NCBI GenBank assembly: GCA_029210695.1
Contig: JARGFH010000040.1
Span: 1 to 33,884 of the forward strand
From: Acidimicrobiia bacterium
GTDB taxonomy: Bacteria > Actinomycetota > Acidimicrobiia > Spongiisociales > JAHEDJ01
Reading direction: 5' to 3'
DNA: 33,884 bases
Position 1 is the stretch's first letter, and each line of letters begins with the position of its first letter. This document shows positions 33,111 through 33,884 of this stretch, piece after piece. Position numbers and translations under genes: made by a program. The notes below the pieces were generated by a model. The model did no database searches. It was not told the origin of the DNA and saw only the letters and a list, made by a program, of their open reading frames with translations.

Positions 33111-33884
33111 AGGTTTGACCCCCGGTAGTAGGCGTGGACGGTGCCGTCGTCGTTGCAGTCGATCATCGCCCAACCCAACGTGTTGTCGCCTGTAGGTACA
33201 GCAACCGCTAAGCCGTGGTGGTGGGCGTCACGGATACCAGTGGTGAGAAGCATCGGGTTGTGGTTAGTCCATCCCCGATGTGACGCAAATTCGACAGCCA
33301 AAGCGTCCCGAACGTCCCAAGCGTCCCAAGCGTCCCGAACGTCCCAAACGTCCCAAACGTCCCGAACGTCCCAAACGTCCCGAACGTCCCAAACGTCCCG
33401 AACGTCCCAAGCGTCCCAAGCGTCCCGAACGTCCCAAACGTCCCAAGCGGTGTCGTACTGTTGGAGAGTCCAATCCAAACCCCGAGCTTCCAACGCCTCC
33501 CTCAGCGACACCTCCACATGTTCGGCATCCCATTCGGGACGGGCCAAAGCATCACGCCACAACAACACCGAGGACACAATGTCAGGATCCTGCAACGGCC
33601 GGTGCAGTGCTGTTACCGCATTCTCGAGTTCTTCACGGATGGCTTCACGCACCATAACCAGTTGGCTGGCACGGCATTTGTCACCCCGTTCAACCACCGG
33701 CTGATCTGTTTCGATCTTCCACAGACGGGACGGCCACCCGTCCGGCCACAACCCGCCAATTCGCAGGGCTGTTTCCGGGCTGCGAGTGAAGTTCCACCCT
33801 TCCGCACACTCTTTGTCGGATCTGTCAACAGTCACAGCCGGCAGCAGGGTGCCCGGTGTGCCGTCAAAAATCGGGGGGCCACCC
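33107..33884 (-). CDS. C-terminal part of the junction-spanning protein with (W/R)D(A/V) repeats
   Basis: Open frame continuous with 1..127 after circularisation; the full protein is about 275 aa. Confidence 0.85.
   Translation of the reverse strand, partial: GGPPIFDGTPGTLLPAVTVDRSDKECAEGWNFTRSPETALRIGGLWPDGWPSRLWKIETDQPVVERGDKCRASQLVMVREAIREELENAVTALHRPLQDPDIVSSVLLWRDALARPEWDAEHVEVSLREALEARGLDWTLQQYDTAWDVWDVRDAWDAWDVRDVWDVRDVWDVRDVWDVWDVRDAWDAWDVRDALAVEFASHRGWTNHNPMLLTTGIRDAHHHGLAVAVPTGDNTLGWAMIDCNDDGTVHAYYRGSNL
33304..33447. repeat. 9-bp tandem repeat x16 (CGTCCCRAR)
   Basis: Three unit types, ending GAA, AAG or AAA, in the order A B B A C C A C A C A B B A C B. Confidence 0.95.
33808..33884. 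repeat. Terminal direct repeat, right copy
   Basis: Identical to 1-77. Confidence 0.95.

Noticed and set aside
33304..33447. CRISPR array or DGR variable/template repeat
   Set aside because: Contiguous 9-bp units without spacers; no reverse transcriptase, no TR/VR pair and no cas genes in the genome.
33808..33884. 77-bp terminal repeat as biological genome termini or att sites
   Set aside because: The length equals a common assembler k-mer and it falls mid-gene; best explained as circular contig overlap.

Overview
The window is a complete, circularly assembled genome (33,807 bp unique; bases 1-77 repeat at 33808-33884) of a temperate, GC-rich siphovirus. The host is probably an actinobacterium (inferred from gene families and the GGGGGAA chaperone frameshift). 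A short plus-strand lysogeny block (repressor, tyrosine integrase, membrane-anchored protein) sits between a divergent promoter pair (1239-1328) and a bidirectional terminator (3429-3462). Everything else is on the minus strand. The early operon runs from a Cro-like gene across the contig junction, through an HTH replication initiator with internal iterons, a helicase loader-like gene, an HNH and a DUF5131 gene, into an array of small accessory genes, and ends in a second tyrosine recombinase. The late operon follows: HNH, terS, terL, portal, head, neck, tail and lysis genes. The most striking unexplained structure is the accessory array (about 26.7-30.4 kb). About a dozen gene junctions share a motif close to CCGATGAGTGACAACACC (stop of one gene overlapping an MSDN-type start of the next). 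The array also has a second 30-31 bp boundary repeat, tandem-duplication scars and tiny linker ORFs, and the motif recurs at the start of the terminal recombinase. This resembles a phage gene-cassette shuffling system, but that function is an inference. Protein family calls come from motif recognition and synteny; no database searches were run.
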